From assembly GCF_036971445.1 (NCBI RefSeq), contig NC_091471.1, forward strand, positions 361,398,001-361,462,000: a stretch of DNA of 64,000 bases. The letters are read 5' to 3'. The notes under the pieces were generated by a model that saw only the letters and a list, made by a program, of their open reading frames with translations, searched no databases and was not told the DNA's origin. This DNA comes from Narcine bancroftii. Its lineage: Eukaryota. Of the stretch, positions 1 through 14,464 are shown in pieces; the stretch's first letter is position 1, and each line of letters begins with the position of its first letter. The position numbers and the translations under genes were made by a program.

Positions 1-1195
1 ATATGGATACATTCCAGTTTGCCTATCATGGCAATAGGTCTATGGCAGATGCCCTCTCACTGGCTCTTCACAAAGCCCTGGAACACTCAAACAGTAAAGA
101 TCCATTTATCAGGGTGTTTTTTTAATCGACTACAGTCCAGCATTTACACCATCATCGCCTCAAAACTGATCAGCAAATGCCAAGACGCGAGACATAACAT
201 CCCACTGTGTAACTGGATCCTGGATTTCCTCACCTCCACACCACAATCAGTGAGGATTGGTAAGAACATCTCCTCCACAATTTTCCATTTGTACCAGAGC
301 ACCACAGCACTGCGCTCTTAACCCCCTGCTCTTCTCACTTTACACCTACGACAGTGTGGCTAGTATGGCAATAACACCATCTACAAATTTGGCGATGATA
401 CCATGGAAGTGGGTTGTTTAAAGAAAGATGATGAGTCAACATACAGAGATGGAGATTGAAAACTTGGCTGAATGGTGCATCAACAACCTTGCACTCTATG
501 TCACCAAAACCAAGGAGCTGATTATTGACTTCAGGGGTATACAATCCAGTGATCATTGTGAGGTGGAGAGAGTGAGCAAAGTTCTGGGGGAGGGTCACCA
601 TCTCGGAGGATTTTTCCAGATCCAACACACTAGCAGCATCGGGAAGAAAGCACGCCAGTGTCTCTACTTCCTCAGGAGTTTGCAGAGGTTTGGTAGGACA
701 TCAGAAACACTGGCAAATTTTTACTGACATGTGCTGGAAAGTGTGCTGACCTGCTGCATCACAGTCTGATAGGGGGACACCAATATCCCTGAGCGTAAAG
801 AAATGTAGTGGTCACAGCCCAGGATAGAAGCAAAACCCTCTCCACTATCGAGAACATCTCCAGGGAATGCTACCATCAGAGAACATCAGCAATCATCAAG
901 GATCCACAGCACATGCTCTGTTCTCACTGCTGCCATCAGGAAAGAGGTGTAGATCACCAAGACTCACATCACCAGGTACAGGAGCAGCTGCTACCCCTCC
1001 ACCATCAGGCTCCTCAACAACAAACTCAATCAGCGACTTTAAGGACTCTTACTTGTGCACTTTATTGAGTTTTTTTTAATTCTCTCTGTATTGCAGTTTG
1101 TTTACATTCATTATCTGTTTACAGTTCTTTATTTAAATGTGTACACTGTGTACAGTTTTTTTTGTTGCACTACCACCAAGTGGTCATTCTGCCTC
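1..1195 (+). mobile_element. Degenerate Rex1/Babar-type LINE (RT C-terminal part and 3' UTR)
   Basis: Frameshifted RT-like peptides CNWILDFLT..PQSVRIG, YKF(G)DDT, LAEWCINNLALYVTKTKELIIDFR, KARQCLYFLRSL, HALFSLLPSGKR. Family assigned from motif recall; boundaries approximate. Confidence 0.85.
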
Positions 1196-3439
1196 CAAAT
1201 CTGAAATCTGCTATTTGCCGCACTGAAGGTGGGAAAATTGTACAAATTGCCACAATCCAGATTTAATTTAGTGTTTGAAGTACAAAGGGCTACGCCAGCA
1301 CATTTCTTCACTTCCAAACAGAAGAGGAACATTCTTGGGGCCCACATATTACACGACCTTTGTTTCCTCAATTTCAATTCTTATATTGCAGCAGAAACAA
1401 AGAACAAAGTGGGAGATAGTTCAATATTTGATTCGGAAAACAAATCAAGAGCAAATCTAAAGATTCCATTAGAAGTATCATTTCTACGCTCGTGTGGTAT
1501 ATTTTTTTACGTGTGAATGAGAGTCCAAAATACCTTTAATGAACACATAATTAGAATCAAATTCATTTGGAACAGTGAGTATTTATCATCTTCTCCAATT
1601 GTCGCAATAAACAATTAATGAGCTGCAGATATTGTACAGACTTCACACAGACATAACTACCAGTGGCTCATTAACATTGTCAAACAGCAGCAAGAGAAAT
1701 TAAGCTTTAAATGGAACAGCATGAAATATGATGTACGTTTAGAATAATTTATCAAAAAATTGCATAAATATATACTTCTGTGCAGAGATAAACAAAATTA
1801 TGGAGAATTGTTCCTACAATGTGAAGGAAATAGCTGTTTTTTTTAAATCATGGTCACCAAGCAACAATTTGTGGTGAAACATTAACACATGAAACAAACT
1901 CAGCACTGCACAGAAGTATTTTCTTCATGTTCAGTAGCTCGCAAAGGTCATAAAGTAATTAAATGAAAATAATTCAATCATTTAGATTTTGAAAGAGGCA
2001 TCTTACTGGCTTACAACTAGAATTAGAATTCCTTATTTCTTAAGGCTTCAATTTTCAAAAACTCTACATTGACCTATCTCATCCTTTGTGTCTGATGGCT
2101 GCAGAAGCTAAGAGAATTCTTCCTCTTCTTGCTGGCCTTATGTGCATTACCAAGGTGTCATCATTCCTCATTTCAATCAGACGTAGGAATTTCTGCTGTT
2201 TACTCGATTAGATAATAACCACTTTAAACAAGGATATCAAGACGTATCATCCAAAGGGGACTATCGGAAATGTTAGCTCATCAATCAACAGAACTGCTAA
2301 ATTATACATCTCAAAAGTGAAGTATGCATGCCCCTTGGTTATGGAGGAAAGTACTGATATCATTCAACATTTTCCAAGCACTAAAATGCTCACAACTTCA
2401 GTTGTATTAAATTTTACACTTGTCATCAAACAATATAGATCTAAAGGCAGCCTTAAGCATTTATCTGAAAACGAGGCTGAACATCCATGATAATGTTCAT
2501 CAACAATTAAAATAACCGTCACCATAATGTAGTGACATTAAACTGATCGCAAGATGCTTTAAGTTTTATATTGCCATTTTATCCTTGAAGGTATTCAATA
2601 AATTCAAAAACTGCAATTCCTAACTAAATTTGAATTGCTGAAAGATTTCTAGTCACTTTCATTTCACTGACCTTTCAAAATGCCAAATGCACATCTTAAT
2701 TCCTCACTGCTTTTTTACTTCACGTCCCAACATCCAAAGGTGTTGCCTCTCCGTTGCCCTCCAAAACCCAGGACCATACCTCACGTGGAACATCATTTGA
2801 AGTGCGGCGTGAGGATCAGTGATCGAAAAGCGATCAGACCCTGTGGCATGACACCATTTCCGAGTGCTGCCATTCCCCCAAGCATCAGAGTTTGACGACC
2901 AAGTTCATTATCATCCAATTGCACAAGTACTAGCAGATAGTAGATTACAAAAAAAAGCAAGATCTCAGATGCATCACGATTTTGGACACCCACACCCCCC
3001 CTTGGCTGAGAATTCTGATCTTAGCAAATACTGTGATCAAATCTAGGGATGACGTCGTCCCTGGCTGAAATATATAGGGCCAAGTGCCACAGTCTCACAG
3101 CTGAAGATTAGAGGAGACTTGCTGGACCACTCATGGAAGAACCCTTCTCATTGTGACAATAAACTTTTAATGTGAATTTGAAACCAAGTATGAAGTATAT
3201 TCTGGTGGGAAATAGTATCCATAGAATAAACATTACTTGGAATGATGCATCAAATGAGATATTGTGAAATCACACGCTTTTCATCTGACACTTCTTGTGT
3301 TTCAATGTTCTGTATCTTTAATTTGAATGTCCTGTTAATCACTTGAAACCCCCAGAAATCTAACAGATTTCAGGTCTCATTTCAAAATTTCCAACAGGGG
3401 AATAGCATCCCCTCTCCTAATGAGCTTTCCCTCTCAACA

Positions 3440-3640
3440 CGGTTAGCGCAACTCTTTCACAGCGCCACCGATCTGGACTGGGGTTCGAATCCCGCGCTGA
3501 CTGTAAGGAGTTTGTGCGTTCTCCCAGTGTTTGCGTGGGTTTTCCCCAGCGGCTCGTTTCCTCTCACCATTCAAAAACGCACTGGAAGCTAAGGTCAATC
3601 GGGTGTAATTGGACAACATGGGCTTGTGGGCTGAAATTAT
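3440..3640 (+). mobile_element. tRNA-derived SINE (V-SINE/HE1-like)
   Basis: GGTTAGCGC..GGGTTCGAATCCC A/B-box head, then CTGTAAGGAGTTTGTGCGTTCTCCC..GCGTGGGTTTTCCCC core shared with copies at 14935, 16075, 25640 and 32466. Confidence 0.75.
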
Positions 3641-4709
3641 TCCGACCTCAATCAAGTAACCAGTAGCAGACAAGGATGCCGGGATTGTAACCAAAACGAA
3701 GGCTGGGCTTAATTAGCATTTTGCAAATGAAATAATGCAGGGTAGGAGTTTATTGACAAGGTGACAATGCAGTATGTCTACATTTTTTTAAAAAAAGAGC
3801 AAGCTTTTTAAACAAAATCTAAGCAACATGGTCATGAACAAAACAAAGACAAAATAAAAAAGCTCACTTGTCTCCCCTGTAGAAAGTGAAGATGTCCATT
3901 CCCATTAAAATATCCGTTAGCAATCATATGAAATGCACTCTGGTTCACATGACGCTTAAAGACAGATTTCTGTCAAGTCAACTTGTAGCAGATGGCTTGT
4001 TGAAAATAGTCTGCCGATCTCCGATAAGTCCAATCGCCATTCTTCTCACCTCACCCACTGCAACCGATACCACGCTCCCCGTGTCCCATACACAAACATG
4101 CTGGAGAAATTCAGCTGCTCACATGCTGAAGAAGGAAATAGTAACTAACGCATGACGTCAGGTATAAGCAAAATCAAGCAGAGCCAACTTAGAGGCACCA
4201 ACCGACCCCAGTGCTTAATGGCCAAATTTGAATTTTTTTTAATTTACTCGACAAAAATTGCAGGAAAAAAAAAACTGGTGACCGGCATGAATAATTATTG
4301 TGTACACGGAAGACCTACTTCCAACATACTTAATACACCGTTACTTTCAGGTCTTTTGGTTACTATGGCGTGACTTGATTTTAACTGTCTCCTCAATGGA
4401 AAAATCAAGCAGAACATCCTTCATGAGAATAGAATATTGGCAGCACACAGCTCACATTCGAAATCACCCAGCTATTTGTCATTTGCAAAATGAGGCCCTT
4501 TGTACTATAATTAGCATATCAATTGATGACCAATATTGTATTTTAATAGTGACTGAATAGTGAGAAGACTTTGTTTTTGTCTAAATATTAGGAGATTGGG
4601 ATTTCTTCAGCAGAGGGCTGTTATTTTACTTCAAAGGAATTCTGCAAGGTTTATGTCTTACCAAGTGCACAGCTGTTCCTCTTTTAATGTTTCTTAATAA
4701 ACCTAATGC

Positions 4710-5430
4710 TAGCTGAGTAGTGTCACAGCAACAACGTCACACTCAACTATTGCAAAGCTAAGGAACTGATCGCAGACTTCAGGAGGGGGATAATCAGGAG
4801 AACACAAACTAGTCTTCATCAAGGGGTCAGCAGTGGAATGGGTTAAGAACTCCAAATTCCTGGGTGTAAACATTTCTGAAAATCTATCCCGGGGTCTCTA
4901 TGCCAATGCAGTCACAAAGAGGGCTCTCCAGCAACTTCATGAGGAGTTTGAGGAGATTTGGAATGTCTCCAAAGACTCTTGCAAATTTCTGCAGGTGTAC
5001 CGTGATAGCGTTCTGACTGGTTGCATCACTGTCTGGTATGGAGGTGCCAAGACACAGTGCAGTAAAAGGATACAGAGTTGTGAACTCAGCCAGTGCCATC
5101 ACAGGCATCAGTCTTCACTCCATTAAGGACATCTACAAGAGGAGGCATATTAGGAAAGCAGTTTCTATTCTCAAGAACCCTCACCGCTCAGGCCATGTCC
5201 TCTTCTCACTGCTACCATCAGGAAGGAGATACAGACTAACACCCACAGTACCCAAAGGTACAAAAACCTGCCATCAGATATCCGTATGGACAATAAACCA
5301 CAGACTCGACCTCACTTTTCTCTTCTTTTTAACTTATTTAAAAAATTTAATTTATAGCAATTTTGCACCTGAAATGCTGCCACAAAACAACAAATATTGT
5401 GACATGTCCATGGCAATAAATTCTGATGAA
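4710..5430 (+). mobile_element. Rex1/Babar-type LINE 3' fragment
   Basis: VEWVKNSKFLGVNISENLS, SVLTGCITVWYG, GHVLFSLLPSGRRYR; AATAAA-TTCTGA tail. Confidence 0.8.
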
Positions 5431-5664
5431 CTGACTGAGCAAACAGGCAGCAGAGGTTTGCTCAAGTAGTACTGGCTCCGAGAATAATTCTGCATTCAAG
5501 TGGCTGAAGGTTTCAGCGGCTGAGCTGAGGTCAGACTCGAGTCAAATAATGCTGGCATTCTTGGAGATGGAGTCCGTGTGTCCGGCCAGAAGCAAATTGA
5601 ATTTCACATTGAAGTTTCCACCCTCATCCAATAATTTCTTTTTCTGGACACGCAGCACAGGACA

Positions 5665-5850
5665 GGCCCTTCCAGCCTACGAGCTCCTGCCACCCAAGTA
5701 CAGCAAATTAACCTACAAACCCATACCCTTGGAAGGGTGGGAGGAAACTGCCACACCCGGAGGAAATCCACAGACACAGGGAGTGTGTTCAAATCCTTAC
5801 AGACAGCATCTGATTCAAACCCGAGTCACTAGCTTTGTCCTAACCGCTGC
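5665..5850 (-). mobile_element. SINE fragment (same family as 3440)
   Basis: Reverse complement of the SINE core (GGAGGAAAC..CCCGGAGGAAATCCAC..CCTTACAGACAGC). Confidence 0.65.
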
Positions 5851-6965
5851 GCTAATTGTTTTCCGTTCATTTTTATGATGCAAATCAGCTGATAAGTTGT
5901 TCAAATCAGCTAATTGGATTGCATGTTGGTTATTTTTTTTGTAGCGGATGTATCCGTGCAGATACACTCTTACTGGTCCCCCCCCACCGCCCAGCTCACT
6001 ACTTTGAAAAGGTATCTGTTCAACTTTCAAAATCTGCCTTCTGTGACCAAACTCCCAGAATTTCAAAAAAAAATTGTCTGATCACAGGTCACTGCTTCCA
6101 CTCACTGAACTAACAATAATGATTTCATGTACATTCACTCGAATTCGACAAGGGGATACGGAGCGTTAAGAACCTTTTAAGCTTAAGGAGCTCATTCTAA
6201 ACACACTGGTACTCTGCAATTAAACCACGAGTGTATGCTTCACACAAAGCTTCAGATAAGCTGGTGGATTGAAATATTTTCAAGTTACACCTCATATTTA
6301 CTTTGGATCCACAATTATCATGTGTGTGGGATGTGAAGACAGGGTACCATGCCTAACTACAAATACATTATCCATCCGAACACCTCTGCAATCCTACACA
6401 CCTCTGATCAACTTCAATCTCCTCTGCTTCTGCATCCACTTATTTAAGGTTTGTTGTTCAATCATTATGAAGGAAGAGAGGCAGAGAACACCCACCCTCC
6501 ACTTGCTAACTCCTTCTTACACCATAAAGGGACGTCATGCAATGTGACAAGATACTTTGCATCTCCAGACTTGGACCCGATATGGGTAGCCGAACAGTCA
6601 GTGTCCACTGGTGACCACACTGTCACTCACCAAGTGCACCTTCACTGAACTTAGAGAGTGTCCTCATTTAAGGAAAATGAACAAACAAACATTCAGATAG
6701 AAAATTATTATTTCACAGTAATATTTTAAATCTAATATCAGAGGTTATGTTGAATATTACTACTGGTTTAATTTTTGACCAGTTATTTTCTGGTAAAAAT
6801 AGTCAACACTTTCAGGACTCTCCAATGACTTCTATAAAGCCTTCCCATGTTTCTTTTTCCTCTCTCTGCTTGAAATGCCAAACCATTCCGTGCACCAATA
6901 AAGAAATGCCTGCATCCCAAGGGAAGTTTGCAGATTCAAAGTGGATTTGATTTATACACACTCAC

Positions 6966-7124
6966 CAGTGACGGCAGAAAAGCATCAGCCAAATAAACAA
7001 AGACTGCTCCGAGCGTGAAGCCCACTCCCACAGGAAAGAAGGAAAATGCTCCGTAGGTACCTGAAGATTCCGCCATCTCAATCGCAGGGGCCAGCAATGA
7101 CCAGTAAGAGGCAGCCAGCATAAC
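6966..7124 (-). CDS. slc39a11: Zinc transporter ZIP11, coding exon 3 (159 nt)
   Basis: VMLAASYWSLLAPAIEMAESSGTYGAFSFFPVGVGFTLGAVFVYLADAFLPSL; AG acceptor at 7126-7125; GTGAGT donor from 6965; phase 0, in frame with the upstream exons. Confidence 0.96.
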
Positions 7125-7269
7125 CTTTGGAACAAGAACAAAATGAACAGCAAATTTAATTCATGAACTCAACAAGAACACGCTTTGAGAAAAAGAACAA
7201 TGGGAATTGCATGTGAAAAATGAACAGCAAACCCCCCCCCCCCCCAATGGAATACTCAAACTTCCGGGA

Positions 7270-7686
7270 GCAATTTTTCAGGAAAAATTGAGGGGGTCAA
7301 CTATTACTTTTGGGGTAAATACATGCAACATCTAGGTCGTCAGGAGCTTGGATGGGCAGGCAGCCGGCTGGGACTGGGTGGTAAGTCCGCCTTCAGAGGT
7401 CAGGGGCTCCACTGGGCAGGCGGCCAAAGCGAGGATTCGCGGTTCAGGGCATCAAGAGCTCCGGTGGGCCAGTGGGCGAGGCAAGGATCCGCAGTCAGGG
7501 CACATGGAGCTGAGAGGGGCGGGCAGCCAAGACGAGGGTTTGCAGTCAAGGTGTTGGGAGGGCAGCTGAGGCCAAAATTAGGGGGGTTGACTTTTACATG
7601 TGATACATGGAAAATAGCCGATTTTTGGACTAAAAATAGGGGTCAACTTTTACAAGGTATCGACTATTACGTGGGTATTTACGGTT
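7270..7686. mobile_element. Non-autonomous DNA transposon (TcMar/pogo-like MITE) with GC-rich core; related copy near 27250-27570
   Basis: Recurrent GGGGGTC(A/G)ACT(A/T)TTAC motifs and a ..TTTACGGT end; similar GC-rich core at 27250-27570. Family is inferred. Confidence 0.5.
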
Positions 7687-8704
7687 AATTGCTTTTCTTG
7701 AAAACATTTTTATTGATTTGTAGAGAAAAATATTACGTTATATTGTCTACATATTAGTTCCGTAACTTTTATATAATGTAATACAGAATATGAATCATAA
7801 GTAATTTATACATTGTTTTGTGAACAATGCTCGAATAAAATAGAAATGTCCTTATAAAAGATTCACCACATATTCTAATATTATGGCATATTCATTGTTG
7901 GTTATCTAATTGAACTAATCCAGTAATTGCTGAACTGGGAAAGAACAAGCTTGAAGATTAACAACAGTGTGAATTGCATATGGAGAAAAATGTGTTACAT
8001 TTATGGTTAACATCAGGAGGTGTTTTTTTTCCCCCCACTGTTTAACATCAGTTCACACAAGATAATAAGTTCTACATCAACTTATCCTGGCACAATGTCA
8101 TCGATTTTTTAAAATCGAGTGGTAATCCTGTGAAAAACATCAGCATAAAGTCAGAAACTGATGGCAGCACTGAGCAGGATGGGCTGCTCTGTGAGCGAGA
8201 TGATTTAACATTTCAGGTCAATCAGAAATTGATCATTGGAAATGAAACTGGCATGAAACGAATTGTCTGCCTAACTGACAGCTTTCGTTTCCTATTTTCT
8301 GGTTTCCAAAAGTACAAATTAATCTAGATTTTGCTTTAATAGCAAAGCCAGATAACTTGTGATGCATTAACAGTCCCCTTCAAAGACCTTATTGAGCAAA
8401 TCTAATAAAGCACATGAAGGAATATTTTCCCATCTCATTTAATGATTGGCCATGATGAAATCAATACTGAGAATGAGGATTTACAACACAAACATGATCA
8501 AGTCTCATATTTTAAACTTTAATACTATTTTCGAGTTATTCAAAACACATTTCAATCGATGCTATTTTACAAAAATACAATGTTATTTTAATGACATCAA
8601 TTTAATTCAATGCTACAAATTTTTCAAGGCAATAGACAAATATTAGATTTTTACAGTTAAAATCATTTGACCTCAAATTAAGGTTTTGCTTTCACAATAG
8701 TCCC

Positions 8705-9582
8705 AAATGGAAGCAACGTCTCCTCCCCACTGATCACCAGCACAGGCGCACCTCAAGGATACGTGCTCAGCCCACTGCTCTACTCATTATACATCCACCA
8801 CTGTGTGACCAGGCACAATTCCAACGCCATCTACAAGTTTGCCGATGACACCGCAGTTGTCAGCGGAATCACAAACAGCCATGAGGAAGTGTACAGCAGT
8901 TCGTTGAATGGTGTAATGACAACAACCTCGCGCTCAACGTCAGCAAAACCAAGGAGATGATTGTGGGCTTTAGGAGGACCCAGCAGTCCTCACTGAAGAG
9001 TCAGTTGTGGAGAGGGTCCAGAACTTCAAATTCCTGGGTGTCAACTTCTCGGAGGCTGTCCTGAAGCCTCCACGTTGATGCAATTGCAAAGTCTCATGCA
9101 TGGCTATACATTGTGAGGTGTCTGAGGACATCCGGTACGTCACCGAAGACTCTCGTAAACTTCTGAGCATTCTGGCTGGTTGCATCACTGCCTGATATGG
9201 AGGCACCAACTCGAAGGACAAGAATAAACTCCAGAGGGTTGTTAACTCGGCCTGCGATATCACAGGCACCACACTTCACTCCATCGAGGACAACTCTTAA
9301 AAATGCAGCCTCTATCCTCCCTACCACCCAGGATTCACTCTGCTACCGTCGGGGAAAAGGTACAGGAGCCGAAAGATGAACAGCCAGCGGCACAGGGACA
9401 GCTTCTTCCCCCCGCTGCCATCAGAGTCCTGAATGATCAATGAACCAAAGACACTGCCTTACTTTTAGTATTTCTTATAAGAATGCTGTAAGATGGTTAT
9501 AATATGTATGTTTGCACTAGGACGCTGCCGCAAAACACCGAATTTCATGACTCGTTCATGACAATAAATCCTGATTCTGATT
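8705..9582 (+). mobile_element. 5'-truncated Rex1/Babar-type LINE
   Basis: STGAPQGYVLSPLLYSLYIHHC..IYKFADDTAVV; 3' end AATAAATCCTGATTCTGATT. Confidence 0.88.
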
Positions 9583-10311
9583 GCATGAGCAGACCTTGCA
9601 AATTTAAAAAAAACCTTCAATGCAGGCGTTTTCTTTCTATTCAGGTATCACCATAAGTAATCCCTTACCAATCAGAGCACCTATGGCATAGGGATTACTT
9701 ATGGTGGGATGTGAGTGGAAAGAAAACGTTTGAAAACCACTGCTTTAAAGCAAGATGGTTGTTTGCTCTAAAAAATTATTTGTACCAACTTACATTTATG
9801 TGAAACATTATCACTGTAAAATATCTAAAAGGTTTATTGCGAGAACCTTTGCAGACAATTTATAAATATATTGCAGTGTCTTCATTTTACGTAGGAAGCA
9901 GCAGATCAAGGTGACAGCTCACAATCTCCCACTTAAGAATATGAGATATGCAGTAAATCCTGGCCTCGTGACCAGCACCCACATCTCATCAGTAATGAGA
10001 AAAACAGATTCAAGATCAAAAAGATAATTTTATGGAGCTTCATAAAAGAAGATTCAGTAAGGTTCAAGGACCTCTGGCATCTTAGGCACCATTATTTATA
10101 ATGGAGATATTAAAATTGAGGACATGTTACAGGCCAGAGAAACACAGATATTGCAGAAGGATTACAGAAGTTTCAAAGGAGAGTTATGGACAAGGCCAGG
10201 AATTGTTCCGAACACATGATTATTAAGTTTAACTCCAGGCATTGTTCAAGTGGGTGACAGTTAACCAGAATCAAGGAGTATTTTAATAAAATGGAAAAGT
10301 GAAAATTAAAA

Positions 10312-11312
10312 GCAGTGACTAGTGGAGCTCCGCAGGAATCCGTTCTGGGAACCACGTTCTTCATGATTTTTATAAATGACCAAGATGAGAAAGTGGAAGG
10401 ATGGGGCAGTAAGTTTGCAGATGATACCAAGGTTGGAGGAGATGTGCATAGAGCTGAGGGTTGTCGTAGATTACAAAAGGTTGGACAGAATTCAGAGTTG
10501 GGCGTAAAAGTGGAGGATGGAGTTCAATCTGGATAAGTGTGAGGTGATATATTTTGGTAGGTCAAACCTGAAGGCTAAATACAGGGTTAATGGTCAGATG
10601 GTTAACAGTGTGGAAGAACAAAGGGACCTTAGGATCCAAATCCATACATCTCTCAAGATTGCTGTGATAGTTAAGTAGGCCTTGGTTAAGTCAGGAGATT
10701 GAATTCAAAAGTCAAGAGGCTATGTTGCAAATCTCTAAATCTCTGGTGAGACCACACTAGGAATACTGTGTTCAGTTCTCATCACCTCATAATAGGAAGG
10801 AGGAGATTGACCAGAATGCTGGCTGGATTGGAAAATAAGTCTTATGAGGCAAGGTATTTCTCCATGAAGTGAAGGAGGATGAGAGGTGACTTCAAGGTCT
10901 ACAAGGCGGTCGGTGCCATTTTCCCAGGGCAGAAATAGCAAACACCAGAGGACATCTATACAAAGTGAAGGAGGGAATATTTAGGGGAGACATCNNNNNN
11001 NNNNNNNNNNNNNNNNNNNNNNNNNNNNNNNNNNNNNNNNNNNNNNNNNNNNNNNNNNNNNNNNNNNNNNNNNNNNNNNNNNNNNNNNNNNNNNNNNNNN
11101 NNNNNNNNNNNNNNNNNNNNNNNNNNNNNNNNNNNNNNNNNNNNNNNNNNNNNNNNNNNNNNNNNNNNNNNNGACTCTTAGACAAGCACATGGATGAAAT
11201 AAAAAGAGTTACAAAGGAGGAAGGGTTCCATTATTTTTTTGGTAGGAATATTTAGGTTGGCACAACATTGAGGGCCTAAGGGCCTGCATTTTGCTGGAGT
11301 GTTCTACGTTCT
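10312..11312 (+). mobile_element. CR1-type LINE fragment (contains the assembly gap)
   Basis: TSGAPQESVLGTTFFMIFINDQD..KFADDTKVGG; CR1-like 3' end GGGCCTAAGGGCCTG..TGTTCTACGTTCT. Confidence 0.85.
10995..11172. other. Assembly gap (178 N)
   Basis: Run of N in the sequence. Confidence 1.
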
Positions 11313-14300
11313 TAACATTGGTGGAGCACAGAAAGTACTAGTCTATGTTCCCTGATGATGCTGAAGCATGGTTAGACATACCTTGCAATATTGCAGGTAA
11401 ATTGGCTGTCAGGTGCTTCTATCCTCTTTATGAGTAGAAGCTGCACTGTTAAGTTATTTCTCTCTGAAGAATGGTTGCGTGCAAATTTCTACATTACACT
11501 GTGACCACCATTCACTGATTTGAACGGCTGCAGAACACTTAAGGATCACTTAAAATATACAGTATAAGAGGCCCTACAGAGACTAGTGGTCTGGCCAACA
11601 GTGTATATAGGACCACTGTTGTTTACACATTATATTAATGATAATTAAAGTTGATGGTCTGATTAGTAAACTTGCAGACAATACAGACATTGGTGGAGTT
11701 GAGGACAGAGTGGAAGGTTGTCAAAGGAGAAGATAGTTCAACAAAAAAAAAATCAGCTATACAGATACAGTTTGAGGATGGCATCCCACAAACGTTGGCA
11801 GCATTGTTTCTCACTTCTACAGATGACCTGATCAACAAATATTGCCACAGATTGGTAACATTCGCAAAGTTTGTTTGAAAAACCAGAGAGCTGCACAAAG
11901 ATAACTGGAATAAATTCAAGACCTTTTTTTTTCAAAACTAATGAATAGTACGGCTTTGTGGAGAACTGTGTCAAAGAACATTACACGGTCTTTTTTTGAA
12001 ACAATTATCCAAGTGGACAGGCCTGTCAGAAATTAGGCTTGTGAAAATTGGCATTGACAGCTTACAGTAATCACCATGCAAGTTCAGGCAGTGATCTTGG
12101 GTCTGGAAAATAGCACTTGGTTGAAAGGACTGTGTTGCCCCAAATGAGGACCTTCTGTTAACAGTAGTTCATATTAGTGCATAGTGGAGCTCATTTGATT
12201 TTTTTTTTGTTAAAAGCTTGGTTATGGCAGGGTGTGCTTGAGAGTTTGAAAGTGATTACTGCAAACAAACAAGCCATAATTATTTCAAATACTAAATAAG
12301 CTTTTAATTTAATCCTGGAGCAACGTCCATGAAAATAATGTAAAATGAGTACATGATAAGTGGTACATTCACACAACTGTTGTCCAACAGTGCCATACCC
12401 TGCCAGATTGGGACCACCCGAAAATTGGAGTAACAACAGCTCACCTTCCATCTGGATATCCTCCAAGGTGGCATTAACATCGACTTCTGTCTTCTGTTAA
12501 AACCATACCTCCCCCCACCCACTTCATTTCCATTCCCATCTTCTTTCCACGAGGCGTGCGCATCTTCTAACTTTTTCCCCCACTCTCCTTTCACGATGGC
12601 ATTGGTGCATTGGGTCCAGGAAAGTTTCTCCGGGATCGTGACTCCCAAGAACTTAAAATTTGCTCACCCTCTCCACCTTCGATTTCTGACCCATGATCAC
12701 TGCCCTGTCCTTGATGGGTTTTGGGTTGGAAGGGGCCAGGGCAGATGTGCGGGAAATAGAGGAGGCGTAGGTGAGGGCAGGGTTAATGGCAGAAGAGGAG
12801 AAGCAACATTTTCTGAAGGACAGATAAGAATGGAAGACATCATTCCGGGAGGAGATGCAGACAAGACATTCCTATTGCTTGAGCATGCATTTTGAATCCA
12901 AATATTCAAATTTTTACTTCTATTGAAAATCTTGAAGGTTTGCATGTAGTTTAATTATTTGAACAATTGTGCAAGGATTTGTTACATTTCTCTTCATCAT
13001 TACTAATATTAAAAAACGTATGCAATGTGGAAATGATCCCTCAGACGGGTGACTTTCTTTGCAATATTTACTCCACTATTTAAATTTAAAGTGATGCAGT
13101 TATCGGAATCTTTGAATACCTCCAAGTATTTTTTTTTTTTTTTTTTTTTTTAAAAGCTACCTTCAAACCAGAACATTTTAATGATAAAACTATAGACTTA
13201 TAAAAAAAATTATAATTTGGGTACTTTTCTCCTCTGAACCAGACATGGATGGAGTTGATGCCTGGGAAGGAGACTTGTATGATGTTGTGAGCCTGCTTTC
13301 ACTACCTTCAGCAGATCCTTCCGACCGTGGGCACTGAAGCTCCGACACCACGCTGTGATGCATCAGGTTATGTGCTTTCGATGAAGATGTTGGGAGATGT
13401 ACCAAATGTCTTCAGCCTTCAAAAAAAAAGTTGAGGTGGTGGCGTGCTTCCTTGATAGTCGGGCCACTGGAAATGTTTACTCCAGCGAACTGGAAGCTAA
13501 CTCCAGTCTCCACTTTCAGTAGAACTGACCAGCGATGAAAACTCCTCCTCTCCACCACCCCTCCCCCTACCTGGTCTATGATTATCTCTTCTCTTTTCTA
13601 GAGAGCAAAGTTACAGACTCCTCATTCTTTGATATCTCTTTAGTTTTAGTTCAGTTATCATCCTTGTAAATCTTTTTCTGTATTTTTGAGTCCCTCTGTA
13701 GCCTTTTTAAATTATGGAGACCAAAAATATACAGTAAAATCCCGGTTTTCCGGAATCCAATCAACCGACAGCCTCAAGCAACTGGCAAAAAAAAAAGAAA
13801 ATTGCAGATAATAAATAGGTTTTTTTAAAAAATGGATGTTTAATATTGGAGCACGTCACCATTAGCTTGCCAATCCATGCAATCTGAAGCAACCAGAAAA
13901 TTTACTTTTTGGGGGTCTACAAATCCCCATAGATGCCCGACACCAGAGGTTTTTGGTCTACGAGGAAACTAGCATTCCAGGTGGAGGTTAACCACAGTTT
14001 CATGCAAGTTTAGTAGAACAACTCTGCTATTCCAGTCCATTTGTATGGAAAAAAAACCTTTGTTATATTTGCCTTTTTATGGCCTTACTCATTTTCATGA
14101 TTTTGAAATTGAATACCCTAGATCCCAAAAATGCTTAATTCAAATCAATTCTTATTTTCCAATTATATTTCCTTGCTCTTCCAAAATAAAGCAGCAGGTT
14201 ATGCATGGAAATTAAATTGACAATTACATGCTGTTTCTATTATCTGAATTATTTTAAATTCCTCAATTATAGCATTTTTCAATCATCTGAATGAGAGAAT

Positions 14301-14464
14301 ATTTGCCAAATCCATATGACCAGTTGTTCTCACGATCTAATCCTTTAGGCTTTAGTGTATTCAGCTGCTTTTCAACTATGCAACACTGGCGAGAGCAGTA
14401 AACCTTCCTCACGAGTGCAGAGTGTGGTTTTGCTCGGTGTGACTGACAAAAATCCTGTCAATAT

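Noticed and set aside
3440-3500. tRNA genes at GGTTCGAATCCC motifs (also about 14990 and 42754)
   Set aside because: These are SINE heads or viral leader sequence; no complete cloverleaf is visible.
4152-4159. Perfect CRE palindrome TGACGTCA
   Set aside because: An isolated 8-mer among TE remnants, expected by chance about once in 64 kb.
1-6965. Next slc39a11 coding exon (e.g. ORF 2793-2993)
   Set aside because: No ZIP11-like peptide with proper splice sites was found; the gene probably continues beyond the left edge of the window.
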